A DNA stretch of 64,000 nt from an uncultured virus (IMG/VR IMGVR_UViG_3300035696_000033) (lineage: Duplodnaviria; Heunggongvirae; Uroviricota; Caudoviricetes): the IMG/VR virus record IMGVR_UViG_3300035696_000033; one strand, given 5' to 3'. Both the position numbers and the translations under genes were made by a program. The notes under the pieces are model-generated. The model searched no databases. It saw only the letters and a program-made list of their open reading frames with translations, and was not told the origin of the DNA. Shown in pieces: positions 10,209-20,696 of the stretch (position 1 is the first letter of the stretch; each line of letters opens with the position of its first letter).

Positions 10209-13200
10209 CACCCGGCAACAAAATAGCGCAACCCGACATGGCTGCGCTGGCACAAGTGGCCAACATCAAAACATCGGCCATCTTCAATGTCTCGCCGCTT
10301 TACCTTGATGGAAGCGGAAATCCTTACGGTCACAAGGAATTTTCCAATGTCGCCGTCATCGGCGGCGGCGGCGGATACAAGCGTGGGGATGTGCTGACGC
10401 TTGGCTATGGATCACAATATGAAGTGGCGATGATTTCCTCGGCGGGCGCGGTCATCGGAATCCGAGTCATCAACAACGGGGCCGGGCAATACAACGACAA
10501 CAGCCCGGCAATTTCCGGCGGGAGCGGGAGCGGCTGCGTGTTGTCCTATGGCTGGGCGCAGGTCGGTCCGACGATGCCTTACAGCTTCCCGGATTTCATT
10601 CTAAACAGCGGCGTTGTCACAAGCATCTTCATGGTGTCCGGCGGTAGCGGTTACAAAGCTGGGGATGTTTTGACGACGGACTTATCCGGCCTGGCTGTCG
10701 CCGTCAACACGGTGGACGGCAGCGGAAAGATTCTAACCTACACGGCGTCGGGCTGGACGGCGACGACCATTCCAGCGGACATCGCGGCGATGAACGCGAG
10801 CGGCGGAAGCGGGAGCGGGGCGGTGTTCGGTGGCTACTTCACGCTGAATAAAAATCCCGACTGGTTGACGGAATTAAACCGGCTGCGGGAAGGAGTAGCA
10901 GCGGTGGTTGGAACGGGTGGTGATTTCATACATGGGAATTTCACGGCGGCGCAAACATATTGTTCTGGTCCCTGGCCAAAGTCTGGATTTACCAGCAACG
11001 CCTATGATGCAAATTCCAGCGCACAGGCGATTTTTTATGAAGACACCGGATCGCCTGTCACAATCACTTATTCCTCGTCCTGCACAATGGGCAATGGCGG
11101 CACGAATTGCTACTCATACGGTTTGAGCTACTGGGGTTGTCAGGGGACAAATATATGGGGGGGGGGGATTACTGGAACCATAGATTATTTTGGATTTCAA
11201 GGGATCACACAGATTGAATATCGAGTCATTATAAAATCCCCTCCGGGAGCGACGCTTTCTGGCACATTCGCCTTTAATGCAACGAAGGTCAACGGGACAA
11301 CAAATTATGGTTTTAACGGAACCGATTTTTATTACGGAGACGTTCCGACGCTGACAGTTGACAGCAATTTGGGAACATTTACCCCAGTTCTCACGGGGCA
11401 GGGCTATCAATACCAATGCACTATTGGTAGCGTGATCCCCGATGGCGAATACTATATTCGCGTGACCGGGGGTTACATCTCTCACTGCGCACCGGGTGTC
11501 AGTTATGTATATGCCAGCCTTGGACCGCTTGATGCTCAATACAATGGCGAAATTCAGAGCGCTTATGGAGAGATGGATTCAGCTTCCGCCACCTATGCAC
11601 AGCTAACCGAAACGATATGGTCAGACCCATGCAGCACTTTGTGGAATTATTGCGTCGTGGGACAGGGTATCAATGACGTGGACCCGTCCTCTACCGGGCT
11701 TTCATTTTCCGGCACGTTCTCAACCATTAGCTTTGGCCCCGGCACCAGCGCACCCGGAATTGACTCAACTAAAAACGTGTTGGTGATACCGTTTCCTAAC
11801 CTTTCCGCCGATCCATTCCTCGGTCGTTTTGGCGTATACTTAAAGACGCAGAATGTCATTACTGCTCCGGCTCAACCTGTTTATAGCAATTTTCCACGAC
11901 ATTTATTGCCGGGCATGATTGGCCCCATCACTCTCGAATCTGCCGGAACTCAACCCGTTTTCGGCGGCATTGAGTATTTTGCTGGAACATTTTCCGCAAC
12001 AATTTCGCAACCCGTTTCGGGATACTGGATCGGAACAACGCCGATGGTGTCGTCGCTGAATCCGACGACGGCGGGGCAAATGCCGTGGAACAATACAATT
12101 TACGGACAGGATGGCGGGGCGCAAAATCCAATGCTTACAGGGCATGCTGTCGGCGAACGGTATGAGACAAGTTCATACAATCAGTCACTCCCCACAGAAC
12201 AGCAGCCCGATCCCCCTTCGTGGGTTCCTTACGACAATCCAAACGGGGTCCAAACCGCGATTTACTATGCCGTTGGCAACGTCATTGTGGACAGCAACGG
12301 GAATTGGCAGACAGCCATTGTGGGAGGGAATGGCGGGGAAGTGGTAAATCCCGCATGGGCGACTGTCGAGGGGCAAACGACGAAGACTGGAAACGTGATT
12401 TGGAAATGCACGCGCGTCATGCAGACCTCGAATGTCTGGTTGCCAAACACGGTCAAGACGCTCGGCTATGCCGTGAAGGATTCCAACGGCAACACGCAGG
12501 TTGTCACGAGTGCCGGGACATCCGGCGGGACTGCGCCGGCGTGGAACACGAAATGCGGAGGCAAGACGGTTGACGGCGGAGTGACGTGGACGATGCGCTC
12601 GCCCATTGTCAGCGCACCGCGCCGGATGAATGTCACTCCTCGCTACCCGGTGGTTTGGTATTCCGAAACAGTTGCAGCACTGAAAACTCCGGTTGCCTCA
12701 ACTGACATGACGATTTGGGGTGCTGGCAGCCAGTGGCAGACGGTCAACAACTTCAACATGAGTTCGACCGGCTGGCAGACATCCAACGCGGCAAAGGGCT
12801 GGTTCATTTACAGTGTCAGCATCAATCGCATTCAGCAATTTCCCCAGAACATCAGCGGCGACGGAACTGTGATCGGTGCCGGCGACGGATCGGTTGGTGC
12901 GGGCGATGGCGGCGTCGGTGCCGACGGCGGGGCGACCGCAGACACGACCGGAATTTCGGTGACGATTGGCTGCATCCGAAATGGATCGTTCGTCGCATTC
13001 GGAACTTATTTGACCGGCCAGACCATTCAAGTGCTGTGGCCGATATTCACGTCTGACCCACTGGTTTACCAATGCTCGGAGCGGGTGGAAATCCAAGCCG
13101 TTGCCATCGCATCCGGCGGCGCTGGGGTGACACGCCGCACTGACATTGCCGGTGGTCCGGTCTGCGCGGCACATTTTCTGGACACGTTCAACCTGCTTCA

Positions 13201-13213
13201 ACTTATTCCCTGA
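10199..13213 (+). CDS. Putative tail fibre/receptor-binding protein
   Basis: Gly/Ser/Thr-rich; repeated GGSGY(K)xGDVLT and DSNGNxQ...W...T.DGGVTW motifs; lower-GC central segment. Confidence 0.6.
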   Translation: MAVAPGNKIAQPDMAALAQVANIKTSAIFNVSPLYLDGSGNPYGHKEFSNVAVIGGGGGYKRGDVLTLGYGSQYEVAMISSAGAVIGIRVINNGAGQYNDNSPAISGGSGSGCVLSYGWAQVGPTMPYSFPDFILNSGVVTSIFMVSGGSGYKAGDVLTTDLSGLAVAVNTVDGSGKILTYTASGWTATTIPADIAAMNASGGSGSGAVFGGYFTLNKNPDWLTELNRLREGVAAVVGTGGDFIHGNFTAAQTYCSGPWPKSGFTSNAYDANSSAQAIFYEDTGSPVTITYSSSCTMGNGGTNCYSYGLSYWGCQGTNIWGGGITGTIDYFGFQGITQIEYRVIIKSPPGATLSGTFAFNATKVNGTTNYGFNGTDFYYGDVPTLTVDSNLGTFTPVLTGQGYQYQCTIGSVIPDGEYYIRVTGGYISHCAPGVSYVYASLGPLDAQYNGEIQSAYGEMDSASATYAQLTETIWSDPCSTLWNYCVVGQGINDVDPSSTGLSFSGTFSTISFGPGTSAPGIDSTKNVLVIPFPNLSADPFLGRFGVYLKTQNVITAPAQPVYSNFPRHLLPGMIGPITLESAGTQPVFGGIEYFAGTFSATISQPVSGYWIGTTPMVSSLNPTTAGQMPWNNTIYGQDGGAQNPMLTGHAVGERYETSSYNQSLPTEQQPDPPSWVPYDNPNGVQTAIYYAVGNVIVDSNGNWQTAIVGGNGGEVVNPAWATVEGQTTKTGNVIWKCTRVMQTSNVWLPNTVKTLGYAVKDSNGNTQVVTSAGTSGGTAPAWNTKCGGKTVDGGVTWTMRSPIVSAPRRMNVTPRYPVVWYSETVAALKTPVASTDMTIWGAGSQWQTVNNFNMSSTGWQTSNAAKGWFIYSVSINRIQQFPQNISGDGTVIGAGDGSVGAGDGGVGADGGATADTTGISVTIGCIRNGSFVAFGTYLTGQTIQVLWPIFTSDPLVYQCSERVEIQAVAIASGGAGVTRRTDIAGGPVCAAHFLDTFNLLQLIP

Positions 13214-13214
13214 T

Positions 13215-14921
13215 ATGAAAACAAAACTCGCAATCATCCTCATCGCGGCGTTCTCGGTATTAACCGGCCACGCTCAATTTCAACTGGTGGACACGACAAC
13301 GGCCCACGTCGTCGGAGGGCAGATCATCTATGGCGATCCGCTGCCAACGGCATTTGCAAAGGTGAACAGCAACTTCACTTACTGCGCCGCGCAACTCGCG
13401 TTTTTGAACACGGAATGCGCGAACATTGTCGGGCTTCAGGCAGGGCTTCAGGCAACGAACGCGGTGTTCTCAAACAACTTCGTCAGCGTCATCAACATGG
13501 TGACAAACTTGAATGGGAAATGGATTCAAGGCGGCACAATAAACAGCAACTCGCTGGACAGCGGGACGATGGCATGGCTGAACAGCCACAGCATCTCCGG
13601 CAGCGGTGGCGGCGGCGATGGTTCTGGCGAGATGGATTTTGACGGCGGGGCGATCATCAGCGATGGCAATGGAGACATTTGGGCAAATGCGATTGTTGTT
13701 CCATCCATATGGGACAGCCAAAACCTGACAGGCAGCGCCGGCCAGGTGGCCACGGCGAATGGCGACAGAACGTGGAGTTGGGAAGCGCCAAGCGGCGGGG
13801 GTGCCGCGACCATCGTCTTCACCAACACAATCACCGGGGCGCCCGGCACGATGGCCATCGTCACAAATGTTGGAAACAATGTGTCGGCAGTTCTTCAACT
13901 CACCATCCCCGCCGGCGCGCCCGGTGCGCCCGGCACAAACACTGTCACGGTCTATAACTTGAGCAACGCGTGGCTTGGTTGCCGGCTGTTACCGACCTAC
14001 ACGACCAACTATGCGATGTGGAACGCTTCGAATTTTCTCGCCCGCGTGCCGGGATTTTATAGAGGACGGGCTTCCGGCGGCGACGATGGCGGAAATCCGC
14101 CGGAGTCCATTCCGATTTCATTTGTTGGGAGCTTCACGGGCACCAACAACTGGTTCGTGATCACCAATGGCTTCCAGACGACGAACACCATTTCTGTTGC
14201 GCTCATCACCAACGGGGCTTCCATGAGAGGGGGGACCATTGTTGATCCCGGCAGCGCCACACTTTACAACGTTGACCATTGGGAACTGGTTGGTGTCACC
14301 AACTACGGGTTCGCCGAGCATTACCAGTTCGACACGCCTGTAAATCCAAATGATGCGGCGACGAAGGGTTATTGTGACGGCCTGTATGCCAACGCCTTCG
14401 ACTCCAACTTTTCCAGCTACACCAACAATGGCGTCACCTACACCGTTTATTCCTACCAAAACGCAGTGACGTTTCAGATCGCCAACCAGACGGTGAACAT
14501 TCCGCACAGCTTTGCGATTGACGGGACGGGCACGAACATCCTGTTTGGCCTCACGCTGGCCAGCATGACGAATGGCTGCACGCTGCAATACTCGACGAAT
14601 CTTGCGCAGGTCGCCGGCTGGATGACGTTCACCAACTACACCTCTACCACGAACGCGGGCGTCGTGACGTTCACAATCCCCATGAACCGGTCCCTGCCAT
14701 TGATGCTGTTTCGCGCCATCGCCAGCGCCACCAGCATCCCATCGTTTCTTGTTCCGCTTGGCGTGCCGGAGATCGCCTTTGCGACGAACACGATCACGCA
14801 TTCAACCAATTCGACCTATGGCTACGGCGCCGGCCTGATGACGTGCGACACGAATTATGTTTACGTCAGCGTGGGGACGAACGCCTGGTGTCGGCTGGCG
14901 ATCCCGACGAACACCTGGTGA
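13215..14921 (+). CDS. Fibre-like protein with Sec signal peptide
   Basis: MKTKLAIILIAAFSVLTGHA-Q leader; PVNPNDAATKGYCD and C-terminal DTNYVYVSVGTNAWCR fibre motifs; many N-x-T/S sequons. Confidence 0.65.
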   Translation: MKTKLAIILIAAFSVLTGHAQFQLVDTTTAHVVGGQIIYGDPLPTAFAKVNSNFTYCAAQLAFLNTECANIVGLQAGLQATNAVFSNNFVSVINMVTNLNGKWIQGGTINSNSLDSGTMAWLNSHSISGSGGGGDGSGEMDFDGGAIISDGNGDIWANAIVVPSIWDSQNLTGSAGQVATANGDRTWSWEAPSGGGAATIVFTNTITGAPGTMAIVTNVGNNVSAVLQLTIPAGAPGAPGTNTVTVYNLSNAWLGCRLLPTYTTNYAMWNASNFLARVPGFYRGRASGGDDGGNPPESIPISFVGSFTGTNNWFVITNGFQTTNTISVALITNGASMRGGTIVDPGSATLYNVDHWELVGVTNYGFAEHYQFDTPVNPNDAATKGYCDGLYANAFDSNFSSYTNNGVTYTVYSYQNAVTFQIANQTVNIPHSFAIDGTGTNILFGLTLASMTNGCTLQYSTNLAQVAGWMTFTNYTSTTNAGVVTFTIPMNRSLPLMLFRAIASATSIPSFLVPLGVPEIAFATNTITHSTNSTYGYGAGLMTCDTNYVYVSVGTNAWCRLAIPTNTW

Positions 14922-14989
14922 CTAGAATTTCCTAGAAATTGTGCTTGCATTTTACGGGGGATGCGCCAGAATGATTCACATATCCAAGG
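14922..14989 (+). promoter_or_regulatory. Sigma70-like promoter, class B copy 1
   Basis: TTTCCTAGAA, TTGCAT-N16-CAGAAT, then CATATCCAAGG; the same elements recur at 24790-24861. Confidence 0.5.
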
Positions 14990-15020
14990 AGCGTGGCAGC
15001 ACTGTAACCATTTGCCGCCC

Positions 15021-16319
15021 ATGTCAGACTCCAAACCGATGCGTGTCCTTGCGCTTTGTGATTCCCCCGCCGTCCGTCCCGGCACCGCCCCCACCGGGTT
15101 CGCCCGCGTCGCCCGCAACCTGTTCGCCCAATGGCCGGAGGACGTTGAGATAGACATCTGGGCGCTCCACTTCGACGGTTGGGGCTACCGCGACCTCCTT
15201 GCGGAGGGCCACCAGTGGACATTGTTCCCCGGCGGCAACCGGGACTGGAACACGCCCGCCCGGCTCAACGCCCTTTTGAAGGTATTGTCCTCCGGCCGCT
15301 ACACCCACGTCTGGATGCTGGCGGACGCGGACGCGCTGTGCGTTGGCAACGGCGAGCGGAGTTTTCCGAACCAATTGCGGGCCTGCTGCAAAAAGCACGG
15401 CATCAAATCGCTGCTTTATTTCCCGATTGACTGCGATCATCAGGAGTTTGCGTGGATGGAAATGATCAAGGCGGTGGACGCGGCCGTGACGTTCACGGAA
15501 TACGGCGCGAGCGTGGTGAGAGAAACGCTGTCGCAAAGCCTGTTCCCGATCCACGTGCTGCCGCACGGGCTGGACGCGCACTTTGTCCCGGTGGAAAATG
15601 AGGGGCAGAAGGCGGAATGCAGAAAACAAATCATCCTTGAAAGTGGAAGGCCGTTCGCCGGAGAAAAAGACTTCCTGCTGCTGAATGTGAACAAGAACGA
15701 GTGGCGCAAGGACCCGCTGCGCTCCCTTGAAATTTTGAAGGGTCTGGTGGAGCGCGGGCTGCCGGCCAAGATGGTTTTCAGGATGTCCGCGACGAGCGTC
15801 ACGGACGGAATAAACATTCCGCGGGCGGCGGCGCAGCTCGGCCTGGAGGATGGCGTGCACTACGTCCTGCTCGACGCCGTGCCGGAACAACACCTGCCCA
15901 AGCTTTACCAGGCGTGCGACCTGTATATCACCACCACGCTGGGCGAAGGCTGGGGGCTTGGCATCACGGAGGCGCTCGGATGCGGGGTGCCGGTGGCGAT
16001 GCCAATGCACACGAGCTGTGGTGAAATTGGCGAAAACATTTTGACAGAGACAGAGAAGGCCGCGGGGGGGCCGCGCACCTTCAGTCCACTTGCATGGGTT
16101 GCTCCAATCGTTTGGCTGGAGAAAGAAGGGGGACAAGTCTGTGGCAATGACACGCGGCTGCGCTGTCGCGTGGACCTGTTGAAGGCGATCCGGGATGTGG
16201 AGAAGTTCTGGCGCGCCGCATCCGGAGCCCCGTGCGCGCCGGTTCGCCTGCCGCCGGAAATCCGCGAGTGGCTTTCGTGGGAGCGCATCGCCAAGGAATT
16301 TTTGAAACTGATGAAATAA
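15021..16319 (+). CDS. GT-B (GT4-like) glycosyltransferase
   Basis: DSP..TGFARV N-terminus, LPHGLD, NKNEWRK, YQACDLYITTTLGEGWGLGITEALGCGVP. Confidence 0.9.
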   Translation: MSDSKPMRVLALCDSPAVRPGTAPTGFARVARNLFAQWPEDVEIDIWALHFDGWGYRDLLAEGHQWTLFPGGNRDWNTPARLNALLKVLSSGRYTHVWMLADADALCVGNGERSFPNQLRACCKKHGIKSLLYFPIDCDHQEFAWMEMIKAVDAAVTFTEYGASVVRETLSQSLFPIHVLPHGLDAHFVPVENEGQKAECRKQIILESGRPFAGEKDFLLLNVNKNEWRKDPLRSLEILKGLVERGLPAKMVFRMSATSVTDGINIPRAAAQLGLEDGVHYVLLDAVPEQHLPKLYQACDLYITTTLGEGWGLGITEALGCGVPVAMPMHTSCGEIGENILTETEKAAGGPRTFSPLAWVAPIVWLEKEGGQVCGNDTRLRCRVDLLKAIRDVEKFWRAASGAPCAPVRLPPEIREWLSWERIAKEFLKLMK

Positions 16320-16337
16320 CATGAACCCGATAATAAC

Positions 16338-17132
16338 ATGAACCCAATTCCCGTCCTCGGCATCCCGCACTACAACCGGCCCGACCTGCTGCTGCGCTGC
16401 ATCCGGAGCATTGATCACCCCGTCCGCAACCTGGTTATCGTGGCAAATGGCCTGCCGTCCGAAACGCCGCCGGATTTTATCGTGCGATCATCCGCTTACG
16501 ATGGCGTGGAAAACGTGAGGGTCATTAATCACCCGAACTCCGGCGTTGCGGGCTCGTGGAATGAAATCATCAAACTGTTCCCCGCGCCGTGGTGGATGAT
16601 CGCCAACAACGACATTGAGTTCGCGCCGGGGGATCTGGGGAAAATGGCGACAGCCGCCGAGCATAATCTGGAACGGCGGTGTTTGCGTTTTACCCTCGTT
16701 TCAAACCCGGACAGTGAGGTCGAGCCTGCGGGCGCGATCTACGGCAACCACGGAGCGAGCTGGTTCGCCATCACCGCGCACGGCGTGGAGAAGGTGGGAC
16801 TGTTCGATGAAAACATCTACCCCGCCTACCTGGAAGACTGCGACTGGAGTTATCGCGCCGACCTGATGGGTGTCCGGCGCCTTACGCTGGTGGGGGATGT
16901 TCGCGCGAAACACGGCGATGACAAGTGCCTTGGATCTTCAACCATCATGTCGGATCCGGCACTGCGGGAGAAGAACCGGCGCACGCACGGCGGGAACTTT
17001 TATTACTACCGGAGCAAGTGGGGCGGCGTCAACGGGCAGGAAGTCTTCAGGACGCCTTTCGACGATCCCGGATGGCCGGTGTGGGCGTGGAAATTCGATC
17101 CGGCGTTCCGGGCAAAACAGCAATGGTGCTAA
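16338..17132 (+). CDS. GT-A (GT2-like) glycosyltransferase
   Basis: IPHYNRPDLL, N.GVAGSWN, NNDIEF, VGLFDENIYPAYLEDCD. Confidence 0.9.
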   Translation: MNPIPVLGIPHYNRPDLLLRCIRSIDHPVRNLVIVANGLPSETPPDFIVRSSAYDGVENVRVINHPNSGVAGSWNEIIKLFPAPWWMIANNDIEFAPGDLGKMATAAEHNLERRCLRFTLVSNPDSEVEPAGAIYGNHGASWFAITAHGVEKVGLFDENIYPAYLEDCDWSYRADLMGVRRLTLVGDVRAKHGDDKCLGSSTIMSDPALREKNRRTHGGNFYYYRSKWGGVNGQEVFRTPFDDPGWPVWAWKFDPAFRAKQQWC

Positions 17133-17136
17133 AACC

Positions 17137-17928
17137 ATGATCCCGCGCATCAAAATAGTCTGCTTCTTTTACAACGAGGAAACGCTGGCCGAATTTTTTA
17201 TCCGGCATTACCGCTGGGCCGACCGGATTCACGCCGTTTTAAGCCGGTCAACCGACGGGACGCGGGCGGTTTTATCCCGCGCCCCGAATGTCGTCATCGA
17301 GGACTTTGAGTTTCCCGGCGGCCGCATGGACGATTTTTTGAAGAGGGACAAGGTGAACAGCCTCCTGCTGGAGCCGTCGGAGTTTGACTGGATCATCATT
17401 GTGGACGCCGACGAATTCATCTGGCCGTCCGTGCGCGCCGATGAATTGAGCGCGCGCGCCGCCGGCCTGACGGTCCGGGAACACCTGGCGTCCGTGCCGG
17501 CGAACGACACGGTGCTGCGCGCCCGGATGTGGAATGTTTTCCGGCACGCGACGGAAGGGGATCTGGACCCGAACAATGAGCCGGTGGTTTTGCAGCGCCG
17601 CCACGGCGACGTCGACCTAAACTCGACCGGCAATGCGCAGTATCAAAAGCCGATTGTGCTGCGCACAAACCTTGGGTTTCAGCTTGTGCCCGGCAACCAC
17701 GGGTTGCTGCCGAACCCCAACACGCGGCTATCGTTCCGCACGTTCGACGGCGCTCACTGGCAGAATGCGGATCCCTCGTTTTGCATCACGCGGCGCTGCC
17801 GCGACCGGCGCGACCGGCAAAGCGCGGCGAACCTGAAATTCGGCCTTGGCAGCCAGCACCATCATGTCACCGAGGCGGAGGCGCTGGAGTTGTGCCGCGC
17901 GCATTTGAACGACCCGCAATGTTTTTAG
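17137..17928 (+). CDS. GT2-like glycosyltransferase
   Basis: FYNEETL..FIRHY, STDGT, WIIIVDADEF. Confidence 0.85.
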   Translation: MIPRIKIVCFFYNEETLAEFFIRHYRWADRIHAVLSRSTDGTRAVLSRAPNVVIEDFEFPGGRMDDFLKRDKVNSLLLEPSEFDWIIIVDADEFIWPSVRADELSARAAGLTVREHLASVPANDTVLRARMWNVFRHATEGDLDPNNEPVVLQRRHGDVDLNSTGNAQYQKPIVLRTNLGFQLVPGNHGLLPNPNTRLSFRTFDGAHWQNADPSFCITRRCRDRRDRQSAANLKFGLGSQHHHVTEAEALELCRAHLNDPQCF

Positions 17929-18191
17929 GACAAAAAGCTCCCAGACGCCACGGTGACGCCTGCTGAGCGCAACCAAAAGCCACCCGCGAACTGCGACTAT
18001 GAATAACCCAAACCTTCTCGGATTACTGACAGCGCCAACGCGGGTTGGCTCCGGCGACTGCATATGGGAATGAACCTGCAACCTCGAAACGACGAAGAAG
18101 GTGAAACACTTCGTTGCACGTTTCGGCGCTGATGACATCGCCATCATTTACGCCCTTGAACTGCGGGACGAAACCACAACTCGTAAAATTT

Positions 18192-18656
18192 ATGGAACAA
18201 AAAATAACTCAAGATGGAGCGCGGGGCGAACCGCAGGTTCGCTCCGGCGCGGTGTTGGGCTGCTGCGTGGAAATCCAAAAACTGCTCGGAAAAGAAAAAG
18301 ACTTCCACGAGCAAACACGCGGCAGTAGCGGGCGTGGTGTGAAATGGGAAGAAGGCTTCATCGAAGGAATAAAGCACTGCCTGCTAGTGGTCTCAATGCA
18401 AAATAACAATCTAAAAACGCAGCAACCGCCCGCGTCAGCGGCGGGTGCAGCGGCTTATTTGGCGCTGACCGACGCGGAGAAAATCCAAAAGACAATCGAA
18501 CTTTTGGAATATCTGCATGCCGAATGCCTCGTGCCCGACATGGCGCATGATGCCGTCGGAACGTGCCGCATCTGCCGACTCCTAAAAGAACTGAAAGCAC
18601 CCGAACGCTTTGAGCAGCCCAACGCTCGTGCTGACCTGCGCGGCGACAAACCGTGA
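18192..18656 (+). CDS. Cassette-borne hypothetical protein
   Basis: Payload bounded by GTTGGGCTGCT (18254) and AGCAGCCCAAC (18623). Confidence 0.6.
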   Translation: MEQKITQDGARGEPQVRSGAVLGCCVEIQKLLGKEKDFHEQTRGSSGRGVKWEEGFIEGIKHCLLVVSMQNNNLKTQQPPASAAGAAAYLALTDAEKIQKTIELLEYLHAECLVPDMAHDAVGTCRICRLLKELKAPERFEQPNARADLRGDKP

Positions 18657-18926
18657 ACTCACTATTGCATCAAGACCAAACTGCCGGGCGTATCCCGTCA
18701 GGCTTCCGAAGGTTGCGATTCAGCCGGCGCACGGCGCGGTCGGCGCGAGAAGAAAGCTTTCGAGGCTGGCTGGATAGCTGGTGCCGAACGCATGGGGGAC
18801 TGCCTCAACGGCGGATACCGTCCTCAAACCGTGAAACAATCTGGAGCCTCAACGAAATAAACTGCGCGTCCAACCCGCATTGGCTCCATGCGGTAGTTGG
18901 GCGGCACAATCGAAAGACAAACAACA

Positions 18927-19334
18927 ATGAAAGAAAATGGTGAACCAAACTACGCGGGCTGGATCGTCGCATCAATCGTGGCAATCGGCGTCGTAATCTT
19001 CGGCGCAATGTGGGCGTATCCGCAATACAACATCTATGCGAGCCGCGCACTCGGCCAAGCAATGCTGGCACACGCGCAGTCCGCAAAAGAAGTGGCTGTG
19101 GCCGAAGCGAAGGCCAAAATGGAATCGGCGGAACTGCTGGCGCAAGCGGAAGTAATCCGCGCTGGTGGCGTCGCAAAGGCAAATCAGATAATCGGCGAAT
19201 CGCTGAAAAATAATGAGGCATATCTTCGCTACCTCTGGATTAACGACGTGGCCGCGCAAGGCACAGACAAAACCGTGGTGTATGTGCCAACCGAAGCCAA
19301 CCTGCCAATCCTTGAAGCCACCCGAAACAAATAA
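18927..19334 (+). CDS. Cassette-borne membrane protein (SPFH/Band-7-like coiled coil)
   Basis: One TM helix then an AEA-rich helix ending NEAYLRYLWI..VYVPTEANLPILEA; bounded by a 13-bp IR (18896/19374). Confidence 0.7.
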   Translation: MKENGEPNYAGWIVASIVAIGVVIFGAMWAYPQYNIYASRALGQAMLAHAQSAKEVAVAEAKAKMESAELLAQAEVIRAGGVAKANQIIGESLKNNEAYLRYLWINDVAAQGTDKTVVYVPTEANLPILEATRNK

Positions 19335-19388
19335 AACTCACGCGGCACAGTGCGCGTGCGCTGTGCCGCCCAACGAAAGCAAAAACCT

Positions 19389-20006
19389 ATGAAATTATCA
19401 GGACATCAACTAGACGGATTCAATGCAGCATTACGCGCAGGTGACGACGCGGGAGCACACCAAGAATTACAAATCGCGTGCGCCAAAGCTGATGGCGCAG
19501 CTCCGGTTCGCGTGCAGCCGGTTGTTCTGCCGCATCGTTGCCCGCACGGAAATCTCCCATACGGGAACTGGGCGAACACCGTCCCACCAATGACACGCTG
19601 GCAAATATCGTGTCCATGCTGCATGTGGTATGAGCAGGCTGAAAACGAAACGTGCGCAGTGAAGATGTGGAATGAATACCTGCGGCAGAACGCGGGAGCC
19701 AAGCTGCGTGCTCCCAGCGACACTGATAAAACTGAAGGCGTAATCACGTCGCCTCCAGCAACTTGTTCGGCGAAAACGTATCCTCACAATCCAAGCCACC
19801 CAATCGGAACATGCACTAAATGCGGCGGTGAGATGGTCTATAACGTGCCACGCATGGGGCCAAATGGCGGCTTCGTCCACAAAGCAACAGGACGCCTAGT
19901 GTGTGGAACTGGCCGATGCGATGCGTGTGGTGGAGACCGCGACAATGCAGACTGCCCTGAATTGGCAGAAATCATGCGCCGCTATTCGCCGAACGCTACC
20001 CGATGA
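19389..20006 (+). CDS. Chimeric ORF reading through attC; two Cys-rich Zn-ribbon modules (first is Lar-like)
   Basis: CPHG..ISCPCC..AVKMWN and CTKCGG..CDACGG modules on separate cassettes joined in frame. Confidence 0.55.
   Translation: MKLSGHQLDGFNAALRAGDDAGAHQELQIACAKADGAAPVRVQPVVLPHRCPHGNLPYGNWANTVPPMTRWQISCPCCMWYEQAENETCAVKMWNEYLRQNAGAKLRAPSDTDKTEGVITSPPATCSAKTYPHNPSHPIGTCTKCGGEMVYNVPRMGPNGGFVHKATGRLVCGTGRCDACGGDRDNADCPELAEIMRRYSPNATR
19685..19771 (-). repeat. attC site
   Basis: GCAGAAC...GCCTCCAGCAACTT-GTTCGGC. Confidence 0.7.
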
Positions 20007-20087
20007 GCCACGCCGCACCAATAACCGTGAACCGCGAAGCGGAACTGAACGCGACAATAGGCGTTGGCTCCGGCGGGTTTGTTAGGT
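19988..20087 (-). repeat. attC site
   Basis: GCCGAAC..TGAGCCACGCC...GGCGTTGGCTCCGGCGGGTTT-GTTAGGT. Confidence 0.85.
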
Positions 20088-20392
20088 GTCCGTCCACGAC
20101 ACTCGCACTTCCCGGTCTGGAATCAGAAAGCGTCCGGCTCGACGACATCATCCTGACGCCGCTCGACGTGGCGCGTGACGTGGTGAAACACTTCGCGCCG
20201 TCTGGCCGCATCCTCGACCCGTGCCGTGGAAATGGTGCGTTCGCCGATCTGATGCCAGGATGTGAATGGTGCGAAATCCGGCAAGGCCGCGACTTCTACG
20301 CATGGCGCGAGCCGGTGGACTGGATCGTTAGCAACCTGCCGAAGGAAGTCCGCGAATACCGAATACGGCGAAAGGAACGAAATGAAAAGTGA
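20003..20392 (+). pseudogene. Truncated DNA adenine methyltransferase-like cassette
   Basis: LTPLDVA, ILDPCRGNGAF (SAM-binding), GRDFY, VDWIVSN then LP instead of NPP(Y/F/W), followed by an early end; own attC end missing. Confidence 0.65.
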
Positions 20393-20696
20393 TGTTGAAC
20401 GTTCTGGGACACCGGCTGTTGCGGTGCAGCGCTTTGTTAGCCGCCCGCACCCGTGGAAATCCCAATTTTCCAACCAGCAAAAACTCAAAGAAGCCAGGCG
20501 GTGCGCAAATCTGCGCCGGATGAAAAAGTATCGAGATGACGGCAAAGAATACTTCCGGCTCACCGAAAAGACATGGCACGAAACGCACCCAAACGGCGCT
20601 GGAACAAACAACCCACGATTTACAGAGCGCGCCATAAAAGCAAATGCTGCCAAGCGTCAGGCGACTAACGATGGCGCTGAGGCGCGTGACCTATGA
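20382..20696 (+). CDS. Cassette-borne basic hypothetical protein
   Basis: AAAGGA before ATG; payload bounded by GTTAGCCGC (20436) and GCGACTAAC (20669). Confidence 0.55.
   Translation: MKSDVERSGTPAVAVQRFVSRPHPWKSQFSNQQKLKEARRCANLRRMKKYRDDGKEYFRLTEKTWHETHPNGAGTNNPRFTERAIKANAAKRQATNDGAEARDL

Noticed and set aside
16316..16345. 13-bp direct repeat ATAACATGAACCC as a target-site duplication
   Set aside because: The copies are only 4 nt apart with no element between; probably a local slippage duplication at the gene start
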